A stretch of 64,000 bases of DNA from Microcoleus sp. (GTDB taxonomy: Bacteria > Cyanobacteriota > Cyanobacteriia > Cyanobacteriales > Microcoleaceae): positions 352,001-416,000 of the forward strand of contig JAYFMW010000020.1 of assembly GCA_042408215.1 (NCBI GenBank), written 5' to 3'. Each line of letters starts with the position of its first letter. The stretch's first letter is position 1. Made by a program: the position numbers and the translations under genes. The notes under the pieces are model-generated. The model worked only from the letters and a program-made list of their open reading frames with translations, was not told where the DNA came from and did not search any database. Positions 1-10,936 of this stretch are shown one piece after another.

Positions 1-1
1 T

Positions 2-451
2 CTTCACAAATATCAGATCAAAGGATTAGTCTTGGATGTGGATGAAACTCTCGTCCCCATCACAGCAGCAAATGCTTCTCCCGAACTCAGTTTGTGGGTG
101 GCAGAGATTAAACCAGTGGTATCGGTATGGTTGGCGAGCAATAATTTAAGTCAGAATCGGATTGGTAGGATTGCTGATTCTTTGAATCTACCATACATCA
201 CGGGTGCTGCTAAACCGTCGCGCCGCAAGTTGCGAAGGGCTGTGACTGCGATGAATTTGCCGGTGGAGCAGGTGGCGATGGTGGGCGATCGACTTTTTAC
301 TGATGTTTTAGCCGGCAATCGTTTGGGTATGTTCACTATTTTAGTGGAACCAATGGTTAATGCTGGGGAAGCGGTGCGGAAATATCCGTTGCGCTCTTTT
401 GAAGTTTGGGTATCTCAAGCTTTGGGAGCAACTCTGAAAACTAAAGATTAG
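2..451 (+). CDS. YqeG-family HAD IIIA phosphatase (5' end outside window)
   Basis: Frame open from base 2: KGLVLDVDETLV (HAD motif I), AAKP, MVGDRLFTDVLAGNRLG. Confidence 0.88.
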   Translation, partial: LHKYQIKGLVLDVDETLVPITAANASPELSLWVAEIKPVVSVWLASNNLSQNRIGRIADSLNLPYITGAAKPSRRKLRRAVTAMNLPVEQVAMVGDRLFTDVLAGNRLGMFTILVEPMVNAGEAVRKYPLRSFEVWVSQALGATLKTKD

Positions 452-570
452 CAAGAAGTCATTAGTCATTAGTCATTAGTCATTAGTGGGGAGGGCGGGT
501 TTACAAATATCCAGGACGTGAATCATAGATTTTGGTGAACCCGCCCCTACAGTATTGGTTATAATCAACT

Positions 571-639
571 AGACATCGCAAGAATTGCCAGCTTTGAACA
601 GGCAGGATGCCTGTTCCACAAGAATTATTGGAGATGTCT
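571..639. mobile_element. 69-bp AGAC...GTCT mini-MITE with ACT target duplication
   Basis: act-AGACATC...GATGTCT-act; internal GAACAGGC/GCCTGTTC hairpin; same-length copies at 39433-39501 and 53865-53933. Confidence 0.7.
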
Positions 640-703
640 ACTGGAAATGATATTATCACTAATAACTAATAACTACTGACTACTGACTACTGACTACTGA
701 CTA

Positions 704-1813
704 ATGACTAAAACTATTGTTGTTAAAATTGGAACTTCAACTCTGACGCGATCGACTACAGGAAACTTGGCTCTTTCAACCGTTGCTGCATTAGTCGAGG
801 TTTTGGCCGATTTGCGGCAGCAAGGTCATCAAGTAGTTTTGGTTTCTTCCGGTGCGGTTGGGGTGGGTTGTGCGCGCTTGGGTTTGACCGAACGCCCGCG
901 AAATATCGCTCTGAAACAGGCTGTAGCCGCCGTAGGACAAGGGCGGCTGATGCGGGTGTACGATGACTTGTTTACCACATTGCAACAGCCGATCGCGCAA
1001 GTTTTGCTAACTCGCCGTGATTTAGTGCAGCGTAATAGTTATGTGAATGCTTGCAATACTTTTCAGCAACTGTTGCGATTAGGCGTGATTCCGATCGTCA
1101 ATGAAAACGATACTGTAGCAGTAGACGAACTCAAATTTGGTGATAATGATACCCTGTCAGCATTAGTAGCCAGCTTAGTCGAAGCAGATTGGTTATTCGT
1201 GCTCACAGATGTCGATCGGCTGTATTCCGCCGATCCGCGCAGCAACCCCGACGCGCAACCAATTGCCTTAGTACAAAGTATGGCACAGCTAACAGAATTG
1301 CAAGTGCAAACAGGAGATTCCCGCAGCGGTTGGGGAACCGGCGGAATGGTGACAAAAATTGAAGCGGCGAGAATCGCAACAGCATCGGGAGTCCGCACAG
1401 TCATCACCGATGGCAGCTTTCCGGGTAATATAGAGAAAATCATCAACGGAGAGTCGATCGGCACTCAATTCGAGCCTCAACCGCGCCCTGTAAACGCTCG
1501 GAAACACTGGATAGCCAACGTGCTAATTCCGGCGGGCAAACTTTACTTAGATGCGGGTGCTGTCAAAGCAATTGCTCAAGGTGGAAAATCGCTTTTAGCC
1601 GCCGGAATTTCGCAAATAGAAGGAGATTTTCAGGTTGAAGATGCCGTGCGTTTGTGCGACGCTGAAGGCAAAGAAATTGCTAGAGGACTTGTGAATTATA
1701 ACAGTTTAGAATTGAGACAAATTCAGGGCTGCCAGTCAGATAAAATTGCGGAAATTTTAGGTTATGCAGGTGTAGAAACCGTGGTGCACAGAGATAATTT
1801 AGTAATTGTTTAA
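704..1813 (+). CDS. proB: Glutamate 5-kinase
   Basis: [31 protein letters not shown]-terminal PUA domain. Confidence 0.97.
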   Translation: MTKTIVVKIGTSTLTRSTTGNLALSTVAALVEVLADLRQQGHQVVLVSSGAVGVGCARLGLTERPRNIALKQAVAAVGQGRLMRVYDDLFTTLQQPIAQVLLTRRDLVQRNSYVNACNTFQQLLRLGVIPIVNENDTVAVDELKFGDNDTLSALVASLVEADWLFVLTDVDRLYSADPRSNPDAQPIALVQSMAQLTELQVQTGDSRSGWGTGGMVTKIEAARIATASGVRTVITDGSFPGNIEKIINGESIGTQFEPQPRPVNARKHWIANVLIPAGKLYLDAGAVKAIAQGGKSLLAAGISQIEGDFQVEDAVRLCDAEGKEIARGLVNYNSLELRQIQGCQSDKIAEILGYAGVETVVHRDNLVIV

Positions 1814-1945
1814 ATCACAAGAAATCGAGATCGTCGATCGCATTTTGTGAGTTTTTTCACCCCAAAGTAGTCTAAAATCACCAGAACTCATTGATTGGTT
1901 AAATCCCAGTTTCTCCAGGTATTCTAGAGCCGCATGGCCGTAATA

Positions 1946-2055
1946 TATAGCAGTTCTCAATCTTGGTGAGGTATGCCCTATGCCCTATGCCCTATGCCCT
2001 ATGCCCTATGCCCGCCGATCAAGCGTGCACCGCACTGTTACTGAGAAAGGCTATA
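1946..2055. mobile_element. TATAG...CTATA MITE (TA-flanked, IS630-like ends) containing CCCTATG heptamer array
   Basis: Imperfect terminal inverted repeats TATAGCAGTTCTCA / TGAGAAAGGCTATA; relatives at 17666, 37455 and 46938. Confidence 0.65.
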
Positions 2056-2099
2056 TAGCATAGATAACAGTGTTTGCGATCGTACATATTTGTATTTGA

Positions 2100-2223
2100 C
2101 ATCCTGGGAAATTGTGATTTGCATCATATTGTGCAGGACCAATAAATCGGGGTTGAGAGCGAGGATACTCTTAGCTAGACTTACTGGTGTTGAAAGGAGT
2201 ATAGATGACAATTTCCCAGGATG
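2100..2223. repeat. MITE-like element with 16-bp perfect terminal inverted repeat
   Basis: CATCCTGGGAAATTGT ... ACAATTTCCCAGGATG. Confidence 0.6.
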
Positions 2224-2292
2224 AATTGCCTTTGGGTGCGTTCTGAGTTAATCTGTGCTTTGGATCAGTTAAGAAAAATCTAGGAGCTCAGA

Positions 2293-2742
2293 TTGGAACG
2301 CACTTTTTTAGCAATTAAGCCCGATGGTGTACAGCGCGGACTCGTCGGCGAAATTATCGGTCGTTTTGAAGCCAAAGGCTTTACGCTAGTTGGTATGAAG
2401 CTGATGACGGCGAGTCGCGAACTAGCCGAACAGCACTATGATGTTCACAAAGAAAGACCATTTTTTCCTGGACTGGTAAACTTTATCACTTCAGGCCCGG
2501 TAGTGGCGATGGTGTGGGAAGGCGACGGCGTTGTGGCTTCGGCGAGAAAAATCATTGGTGCCACAAATCCTTTGAATGCAGAACCGGCGACAATTCGGGG
2601 CGATTTTGCAGTCAATGTCGGCCGCAATATTATTCATGGTTCTGATGCTATAGAGACGGCCCGTGCGGAAATTAGTCTCTGGTTTAAGGAAGAAGAATTG
2701 AGTGCTTGGACACCTTGTTTAACTCCTTGGATTGTGGAGTAG
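2293..2742 (+). CDS. ndk: Nucleoside diphosphate kinase
   Basis: [27 protein letters not shown] start with AGGAG RBS. Confidence 0.97.
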   Translation: MERTFLAIKPDGVQRGLVGEIIGRFEAKGFTLVGMKLMTASRELAEQHYDVHKERPFFPGLVNFITSGPVVAMVWEGDGVVASARKIIGATNPLNAEPATIRGDFAVNVGRNIIHGSDAIETARAEISLWFKEEELSAWTPCLTPWIVE

Positions 2743-2804
2743 TTTTGATATTCTCCCGATGGATTAATCGGGAGATATTCTGAGTTTTAGTGCATAAATA
2801 CCAA

Positions 2805-3200
2805 AGAAACCGGGTTTTTAGCAATAGCTTCGGCTGTAACGAAGGATTCTCGAAAAAACCCGGTTTCTGGCCACGCATCACAACCAAAGAAACCGGGTTT
2901 TTAGCAATAGCTTCGGCTGTCACAAAGAATTCTGGAAAAAACCCGGTTTCTGGCCACCCCTCAAAACCAAAGAAACCGGGTTTTTGGCAATAGCTTCGGC
3001 TGTCACAAAGAATTTTCGCAAAAACCCGGTTTCTGGCCACGCCTCAAAACCAAAGAAACCGGGTTTTTAGCCAGAGCACCGACTGTAACAAAGGATTCTC
3101 GGAAAAAACCCGGTTTCTGGCCACACCCAAAATCTCAGAAACCGGGTTTTTGCCCAAATCACCGACTGTAACCAACTATTCTGGAAAAAACCCGGTTTCT
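2805..3200. repeat. Tandem array of five ~83-bp palindromic AGAAACCGGGTTTT...AAAAACCCGGTTTCT units
   Basis: Repeated inverted-repeat unit with related (not unique) loops; same family at 16054, ~21000 and ~22070. Confidence 0.85.
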
Positions 3201-3305
3201 CGCCACCCCGCGCATCCATGCGAAAAAAACTTGCCATCCCCCGCCCCAAACAGATGAGTTTCACCGATAATTAATCTAGCGAACCATCCCAAATCCCCAA
3301 TCGCC

Positions 3306-6300
3306 ATGAACTCTGAACGCCAACAAGCCTATCTCAACCTGATTAATCAACTGCTAAATAGTCCCAGCGGCGAAGAAGCGGAGATATTGAAAACTCACCC
3401 GGAATTGCTGGATGATGGCTTGGTGGCGGCAATGCTAGAAAAGGCAGATAATCTCAGAGAACAAGGCGAACTAAATAATGCTAATTGGTTGAAGAATTTT
3501 GCCGGGCTACTGGGTAAGGTGGATGGCGACTTCCTAGCGGGAATTGCACTGAAAGCAGAAGCAGACAGACTGTTATAACAAGGCAATCAGCAGTATGGAA
3601 TCAGTCAATTTCGAGAAGCTTTGCAGTCTTGCGAACGGCATTAACTATCTATCAGAAAATAGTAAATCGCCAAGGAGAAGCTGATTCCCTCGGCAATTTG
3701 GGCAATGCTTACCATTCCCTAGGGCAATTCCAGAGGGCGATCGAATTTCACCAACAGTCTTTAGAGATTTAACGGGAAATCGGATATCGCGTAGGAGAAG
3801 CTGCTTCCCTCGGCAATTTGGGCTTAGCTTACAAATCCCTAGGGCAATATCACAGGGCGATCGAATTTCACCAACAGTCTTTAGAGATTTCACGAGAAAT
3901 CGGATATCGCGATGGAGAAGCTAATTCCCTCGGCAATTTGGGCTTAGCTTACAAATCCCTAGGGCAATACCACAGGGCGATCGAATTTCACCAACAGTAT
4001 TTAGAGATTTCACGGAAAATCGGATATTGCCAAGGAGAAGCTGGTGCCCTCGGCTATTTGGGCTCAGCTTACGATTCCCTAGGGCAATACGACAAGGCGA
4101 TAGAATTTCACCAACAGTATTTAGAGATTTCACGGGAAATCGGAGATCGACGAGCAGAAGCTGCTTCCCTCGGCAGTTTGGGTTTAGCTTACAAATCCCT
4201 AGGGCAATACCACAGGGCGATAGAATTTCACCAACAGTATTTAGAGATTTCACGGGAAATCGGAGATCGACGAGGAGAAGCTGCTTCCCTCGGCAGTTTG
4301 GGCAATGATTACTATTTCCTAGGGCAATTCCAGAAAGCGATCGACTTTCACCAACAGTATTTAGAGATTTCACGGGAAATCGGAGATCGCCAAGGAGAAG
4401 CTAATTCCCTCGGCAGTTTGGGTTCAGCTTACGATTCCCTAGGGCAATACGACAAGGCGATAGAATTTTACCAACAGTATTTAGAGATTTCACGGGAAAT
4501 CGGAGATCGCCAAGGAGAGTCAATTGGTCTAAATAATTTGGGAGAGACTTTACTAAAAACTAACCAACTTGCTGAAGCTGAAACAGCGCTTCGTGCCTCA
4601 ATCAAAATTCGTGAAACTCTGCGTTCTGAATTAGTCAATAATGAGCATAAAGCCTCAATCTTTGAAACCCAAGTATATGCTTATCGCAACCTGCAAAAAG
4701 TCCTAGTTGCCCAAACTAGATTTGATGAAGCCCTAGAAATATCAGAAATGTCCCGCACCCGCGCCTTCGTCGAGTTATTGCAGCAAACCTTATTAACAAC
4801 CCCCCCTCAGTCCCCCCCTTATCAAGGGGGGGAAGTAGATAAGTCCCCCCTTACCAAGGGGGGGTTGGGGGGGTTATCAATTCCCAAAATCCAACAAATC
4901 GCCCGCGACAGAAACTCCACAATAGTTGAATATTCGATTGTCGAGTCAGACATCATTTACATCTGGGTAATCCAACCAAACGGCAACATCACCCATCGCG
5001 CCGCCAACCTCGAACCCCTCAACCAACAAAACCAAACCCTCAAACAAATCATCCTCAAAACCCGCGTCTCCATCGGCACCGATGAAACCGACGACGCAGG
5101 CAACAAAATTCAGCTAGAATCCGAGTACAAACGAGACGAAACAGGCCGCTTTCCCCTCTTGCAACTCCTCCATCAAATCCTGATCGAACCCATCATCGAC
5201 TTACTCCCCACCGATGCCAATAACCCCATCATCTTCATCCCCCACTACGACTTATTTTTAGTTCCTTTCGTCGCCTTGCAAGATAGCAACAACCGCTACC
5301 TAATCGAAGATCATACCATCCTCACCGCCCCATCCATCCAAGTATTAGAAATCACCCGCGAACATCAAAACCGAGTGCGAGGATTGAGACAAGCCGCCCT
5401 AATTGTTGGCGATCCAACCATTCACCCAAAATTAAAAGAAAAGCTACAAACTCCGCCAAATCTCCAGGGCAAAAGAAGCCGCCGAAGCCATCGCCGCCAC
5501 TTTACAAACCCAAGCAATTACCGGAGACAATGCTACCAAAGTCGCCATTTTAGACAGAATGCTAAACACGCGCATCGTCCATTTATCCGCCCACGGACTC
5601 ATCGACGATTTCCAAAGTTCCGGCATTCCCGGCGCGATTATTTTAGCACCATCGGGAGACGACGACGGCGCAATTCATGCTATAGATATCCTGCAATTAA
5701 AACTCGATTCCGAACTCGTAGTATTGAGTGCGTGTAGCACCGGCCGTGGTAGAATCACGGGAGATGGAGTCATCGGATTGTCGCGCTGTTTCATCCTCGC
5801 CGGAGTCCCCAGCATCGTGGTTTCCCTGTGGGATATGGGAGTGATTTCAGCCAAGTTGCTAATGACTGAATTCTACCAAAATTTAGCACGGGGCGACAAT
5901 CGAGCAGCGGCCTTGCGGTGTGCTATGCTAACCACAAAAGCTCGATTTCCGAGTCCGAAAGCTTGGGCTGCATTTACGCTAATTGGCGAAACCGAAACTT
6001 TCCCGCTGTCAACTGCAAAAACAGATTTAAGGAGATTAGTCATGTCACTTCCCGATGATGCGAAACCCGAACAAATTGTGGCGGCTTTTAATCAGTTATT
6101 GAAAATATCGGAACCGCAATTTGTGGCAGAATTATCAGCGATTGATATTGGTGCGATGGATAATGTGAATGTGATTGCTCAAAGAATCAAGGATTGGTGC
6201 GAAAGTCGGCCTCAAATTGAAGAGAATTTGGAGAATGAGATTGAACTTGCGGGTGCGGGCGGGACTGATAGTGATGCGCATGAGGAAGTGGTGAGGGAGT

Positions 6301-6410
6301 TGTATGAGGCGTTGAAGGAAAATCAGATTCGGTTGGGTTTGTCTAGGGATTCTGTGGTGGTTGAGGGCCCGGCCCCGGCGGTGGGTGAAGAAGGCCCCGG
6401 CGGTGGGTGA
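3306..6410 (+). pseudogene. TPR-repeat + CHAT (caspase-like) protease, disrupted
   Basis: 40-aa/120-bp TPR units; CHAT motifs IFIPH, HLSAHG, LVVLSACSTG, SLW, WAAF. Lesions: TAA 3576-3578, frameshift ~3635, TAA 3770-3772, frameshift ~5444. Confidence 0.88.
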
Positions 6411-6597
6411 AGAAGGCCCCGGCGGTGGGTGAAGAAGGCCCCGGCGGTGGGTGAAGAAGGCCCCGGCGGTGGGTGAAGAAGGCCCCGGCGGTGGTTGAGG
6501 GCCCCGGCGGTGGGTGAAGAAGGCCCCGGCGGTGGGTGAAGAAGGCCCCGGCGGTGGGTGAAGAAGGCCCCGGCGGTGGGTGAAGAAGGCCCCGGCG
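6371..6597 (+). repeat. 22-bp tandem repeat GGCCCCGGCGGTGGGTGAAGAA (~9 full copies plus one short)
   Basis: Directly visible; runs into the first REP. Confidence 0.92.
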
Positions 6598-7135
6598 GTT
6601 GAAACCGCGGCTACACAAACGATGTCCGCCTCCGCGGACGAAGAGGGTATTCGGAGATGAGAAATCACCGATTGGAATCTTCAACCCGCGGAGGCGGGTT
6701 TTGTTTGTGTAGACGCGGTTTCAACCGCCGGGTAATGAGAAATCACCGATTGGAATCTTCAACCCGCGGAGGCGGGTTTTGTTTGTGTAGACGCGGTTTC
6801 AACCGCCGGGTAATGAGAAATCACCGATTGGAATCTTCAACCCGCGGAGGCGGGTTTTGTTTGTGTAGACGCGGTTTCAACCGCCGGGTAATGAGAAATC
6901 ACCGATTGGAATCTTCAACCCGCGGAGGCGGGTTTTGTTTGTGTAGACGCGGTTTCAACCGCCGGGTGATTGAAAATCGCCGGGTATTCAACCCGCGAAG
7001 GCGGGTTTTGTTTGTGTAGACGCGGTTTCAACCGCCGGGTGATTGAAAATCGCCGGGTATTCAACCCGCGAAGGCGGGTTTTGTTTGTGTAGACGCGGTT
7101 TCAACCGCCGGGTGATTTGAAACCGCCGGGTGATT
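6590..7135. repeat. GTAG-family REP array (one inverted copy, then 4x78-bp and 2x71-bp units)
   Basis: GTAG-AC-GCGGTTTCAACCGC hairpin plus AACCCGCGGAGGCGGGTT hairpin in each unit. Confidence 0.88.
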
Positions 7136-7586
7136 GAAAACCGCCACGTAAATTTTTGGAACCTGCGAAAGCAGGATCAGAAACCCATTCCCATTCAGGA
7201 ATCATTGATTTTTGACGGTGGTGAACAGCCTGATTTCTGATATAGTTGGCTACATTGTCGATCGCATCACGGCTAACCGTAAACGCCCCATAACTACCTT
7301 GCCATTTAAAAAACACACCAGGTTTAAGTTCGTGAGTTACTAAATGAGAAGAACTACCCTTAACTTCCTTAATAATTTCAGCTATTGTCAAAGTTGACGG
7401 AAAACCGACTAGCAAGTGTACATGATCCTCTATCCCACCAACAGCAATTACAGTGCATTTTAAATTATTACATTTTCCAATAATAACCGCATAAATTGCT
7501 TCTTGAATATCGGGAGTAATCAAAGGCAATCTATCCCAGGTTGCCCAAACATAGTGTACATACAACTGCGTGAAATTCTCTCTCAT
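7101..7586 (-). CDS. tnpA: IS200/IS605-family Y1 HUH transposase, REP-associated (RAYT-like)
   Basis: LYVHYVWAT, DHVHLL (HUH), KGSSS, WQGSYGAFTVS, catalytic YIRNQ; REPs on both sides; no tnpB. Confidence 0.88.
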   Translation of the reverse strand: MRENFTQLYVHYVWATWDRLPLITPDIQEAIYAVIIGKCNNLKCTVIAVGGIEDHVHLLVGFPSTLTIAEIIKEVKGSSSHLVTHELKPGVFFKWQGSYGAFTVSRDAIDNVANYIRNQAVHHRQKSMIPEWEWVSDPAFAGSKNLRGGFQSPGGFKSPGG

Positions 7587-7611
7587 TTTTCGTACAATAT
7601 ATCAAATTTCT

Positions 7612-7976
7612 CTTCAACCTGCGGAGGCGGGTTTTGTCTGTGTAGCCGCGGTTTCAACCGCCGGGTAATTCAAAACCGCCGGGTGATTGAAAATCACCGG
7701 GTCAAATCTTCAACCCGCGGAGGCGGGTTTTGTCTGTGTAGCCGCGGTTTCAACCGCCGGGATTGATTTACGGCACAATGAAATCATAATGATTATATCC
7801 CAATTGAGGCCCCGGCGATTGGAAATCGCGGCTACACAAACGATGTCCGCCTCCGCGGACGAAGAGGGTATTCGGAGATTAGACCCCGGCGATTAGGCCC
7901 CGGCGATTAGGCCCCGGCGATTAGGCCCCGGCGGTTGAAACCGCGTCTACACAAACAATGTCCGCCTTCGCGGACT
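7612..7976. repeat. REP cluster on the other side of tnpA (both orientations) with short GGCCCCGGCGATTA repeats
   Basis: Same GTAG(C/A)CGCGGTTTCAACCGCCGGG motif and its reverse complement. Confidence 0.85.
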
Positions 7977-8015
7977 AAGATTGAATTAACATTATGTTTC
8001 ATCCCGGATTCGATT

Positions 8016-9584
8016 ATGCAGGAACCACAGCAAATTAAAAATCCCAGCATTACCCTCTATCCTTTCCACCTGCGGAATGATAGCGACGAAGGCTATGACG
8101 CAGTAGCCAAAAATGCTCAATCTCTGTGGGAAAATCTAGCAGATAATGTCGGCACAGAATTTAACAGCAACGAACTCAAATCCCTCAGAGAAAAGCTAAC
8201 TTGCTACAAAGACAAACAGTATTATCCCAAGGGTGAACAGGAAAATCCCAATAATGGCAAATTGCTGATTCCCGATGGCAAAACTCTGGATTTACAGCCC
8301 ATAACTCAGCCAGATAAGCCAACACTTTACGGTTCTATCTATCCCCTGCGAATTCACGATACTTACACCGCAGACTTGACATTTTACTATAAAAATGTCA
8401 CAATGAAAGTGGCGGACTTAAATCAATTAAATCCCCAAGGTTGTTTGTTACCAAATGCAATTAAACCGTCCTTGGGACAAACATTATTGTTATACGCTAC
8501 ACCAGCATTTTATGATACTTACCCCAAGCTAGCCGACGAATGCGTTACAGCTTTTGTCCACAATCAACAGCAAGCATCACCAAAGTTTCGCGCCGAGGGA
8601 AAGTTATTCGGGAGTCCGATTTTTGAGTATGACAGCCGAGAAGATGATGCGGCTAAACGGTGTCATATTCTAGTATGGTTACAAGACAATCCCCAAACTT
8701 TGGAATCCGCAAACTTTGCGACGTTTAATTATCATTTGATGAATCTACTGTGTTCTCGTGCTAAAATTGTATTTGTCTATTGCGAAGCTCGGAAAAAGTA
8801 TCGCAAAGCACAGCAAATTGTCGGCGAGTTAGAAAAGAAGCTTCCCGAATTCGGTGAAGTAGAAAGAGAACAAAATCGACAAGTTAAGTTGCAGAAGTTG
8901 AAGGATTTGCTGGCTGAAGTCCGAACCAAAATGTTTGCTTGTGCTCAGCAGGTGCGGTATTTGCAGGAAGATAGAAATACGATTGATATTAATGCTGAAA
9001 ATTATGCTGATGCTTTGACCAGAATTAAAAGTTTGTCTATGGAAGGTGATAATCTAGATTTTTGGCAGAGGTTTCTAGATTTGGCTGAGGATAAATATCA
9101 GCGGCAAATTGAAATTTATTTGAAGTATCTGATTGCTAGTCAAGATTTGTTCCAGCAGTCGATATCTACTGTGCGGGGGATGGTGGAAATCGAACAGGTG
9201 GAATTCGATCGCGAAAAGGAAGAAAGAGAACGTCAGCGCGATCGCGAACAAATACAATTATACAGGGAAAAGGAAGAAGAAGAGAAAATTCGCGATCGCG
9301 AACAAATACAATTATACCAGCAAAACGAAGACAAAGAGAAAAAGCGCGATCGCCAACTTGAGAATATCATCTTTTTTGTCGGAACTGCGATCGGTGGCGG
9401 CCAAATCTTTTCCGCCGCCTATCCCCTAATCAAAGATACACCAATTCACTGGAAACCCGATTTTTCTCTACCCCTGCATCCCTTTGCTGCGACAATTTTC
9501 TGGAGTCTCCTGTTCGGTTTAGGATTTGGGTTGCTAACCCTGGGTGCGGCCATATTCATCAGGAAACTATTTACCAAGCCTTAA
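8016..9584 (+). CDS. Hypothetical protein: soluble N-domain, long coiled coil, two C-terminal TM helices (CorA/CATRA-like architecture)
   Basis: Long ORF; likely ATG at 8016 because the upstream part is REP; hydrophobic IIFFVGTAIGGG and ATIFWSLLFGLGFGLLTLGAAIFI. Confidence 0.75.
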   Translation: MQEPQQIKNPSITLYPFHLRNDSDEGYDAVAKNAQSLWENLADNVGTEFNSNELKSLREKLTCYKDKQYYPKGEQENPNNGKLLIPDGKTLDLQPITQPDKPTLYGSIYPLRIHDTYTADLTFYYKNVTMKVADLNQLNPQGCLLPNAIKPSLGQTLLLYATPAFYDTYPKLADECVTAFVHNQQQASPKFRAEGKLFGSPIFEYDSREDDAAKRCHILVWLQDNPQTLESANFATFNYHLMNLLCSRAKIVFVYCEARKKYRKAQQIVGELEKKLPEFGEVEREQNRQVKLQKLKDLLAEVRTKMFACAQQVRYLQEDRNTIDINAENYADALTRIKSLSMEGDNLDFWQRFLDLAEDKYQRQIEIYLKYLIASQDLFQQSISTVRGMVEIEQVEFDREKEERERQRDREQIQLYREKEEEEKIRDREQIQLYQQNEDKEKKRDRQLENIIFFVGTAIGGGQIFSAAYPLIKDTPIHWKPDFSLPLHPFAATIFWSLLFGLGFGLLTLGAAIFIRKLFTKP

Positions 9585-9618
9585 TTACACATTGTATTCC
9601 TAGGGACACGGCAATGCC

Positions 9619-9834
9619 CATTAGTGTCAACTTAACGTCAAAAGTAGTCACAGACTACTGTTTGACTATTAAATCTAGATCCCCCCTAGCCCCCCTTAAG
9701 AAGGGGGGGACAAGAGCACTCTTTCGTCACCCCCTACTCACACCCTACTCCCTTTTTAAGGGGGATTTAGGGGGATCTAGACTTTGCCTAAAAGCGACAT
9801 TTATATGGGTTTTAGGCTTAAGTTGACACCAATG
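9619..9834. mobile_element. MITE with CATT(A/G)GTGTCAACTTAA TIRs inserted in a GGGACAC REP hairpin
   Basis: 17-bp TIR CATTAGTGTCAACTTAA / TTAAGTTGACACCAATG; inverted sister copy at 17724-17943. Confidence 0.75.
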
Positions 9835-9862
9835 GGCTCTTGGAGTGTCCTTTACTCAAACC

Positions 9863-10936
9863 TCAATTATGCAACAGTTTCATCCCCATTTTTACCTTGT
9901 CCAAAATCGTCTTTTGCGACACACAAGTAATCAGACAAAGCTTGCCGCAATCCAAAGTATCGCGGCGAATTTTATGAGCTTTTTCGCCGTACCAAATCTC
10001 GCGGGCGCTTTGCTCTTTCACATTCCCAATCACCGGATATTCATCGCACAATTTCACATCGCCACGGGTATCAATCCAGTAATTGCGAAGTCCTATCCGA
10101 CAAGGCCTCACTGCATCGGGAGCCTTTTCGTCGCGGAAGTGAGGCACCATCAAACGCAATACTTCATCGCTGTTCATAATTGGCGCACCGTTTTTCTTCA
10201 TTTCAATTAGGCGCTCAATTACCTGTGCAAATTCCTCTCTGTCTGCTTCTTCTATCCACAATTCCTCATAGGTTTCTGGTGTCCAGCGATTGACTGGTTG
10301 GAAATTCACCGTCGTCGCCCCAATTTCTTTTGCCCAGGTTACTATCTCCTCAAGGTGGCGGAAATTGAGTCGGTTGATAGTAGGTTTGACGTTGATGGGA
10401 AACAGAACTCCCTGTTTTTCTTGTTCCTCGCGCAGATATCCGATTCCTTTAGAAAGTCTGTCAAACAATCCCGGTTTGCCGCGCAAATAATCGTGCAGTT
10501 CTGCATTGTGCCCGTCAACGGACATATTCACATTAAAAGGACGAGCCGCGACAGTTTTGGCTGCGTTTTCCCTGGTCATGCAATAGCCGTTTGTGGTGAC
10601 GCCGGCGTGGATGCCATTCTTGTTGGCAAAAGTCAGCAAGTCTAGAAAACCTTTTTTAATATAAGGTTCGCCGCCGCTAAAGTTGATGGAAAATTCGCCC
10701 ACAAATTCTTTGATGCTTAAGAGAGCATTTTGCCATTCTTCGATCGTCATTTCATCTTTATGTTCTTTGAGTCGCTAATACTCGCACTGACGGCATTTAG
10801 CGTTGCAGCGCTCGTTGATGATTCCGTAAAAAGTGACTGGGCTGGTAATGTCGTATCCTGTATTGATGCGGAGCGATTCGGCTACTGCATTCTTAGTGTG
10901 TTTGACTCCCAGTCTGGACAATGTTAAAGCATCCAT
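9863..10936 (-). pseudogene. Radical SAM/SPASM protein with in-frame TAG right after the CxxxCxxC motif
   Basis: ATG 10936 reads ...ERCNAKCRQCEY*RLKEHKDEMTIEEW; TAG at 10777-10775; FSGGEP; SPASM cysteines CRIG, GDVKLC, CGKLCLITC. Confidence 0.85.

Noticed and set aside
2805..3200. CRISPR-like periodic array
   Set aside because: The intervening sequences are homologous to each other, the unit is a dispersed palindrome, and there are no cas genes
3661..4520. DGR template/variable region
   Set aside because: No reverse transcriptase in the window, variation is not restricted to adenines, and the repeats are tandem coding units
6657..7019. 120-aa repeat ORF (MRNHRLESSTRGGGFCLC...) as a RiPP precursor
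   Set aside because: It is the translation of the 78-bp REP tandem; the same DNA is dispersed as non-coding REPs
10775..10777. Pyrrolysine or genome-wide TAG recoding
   Set aside because: TAG ends core genes here (ndk, rpsN, nth); no pyl genes seen
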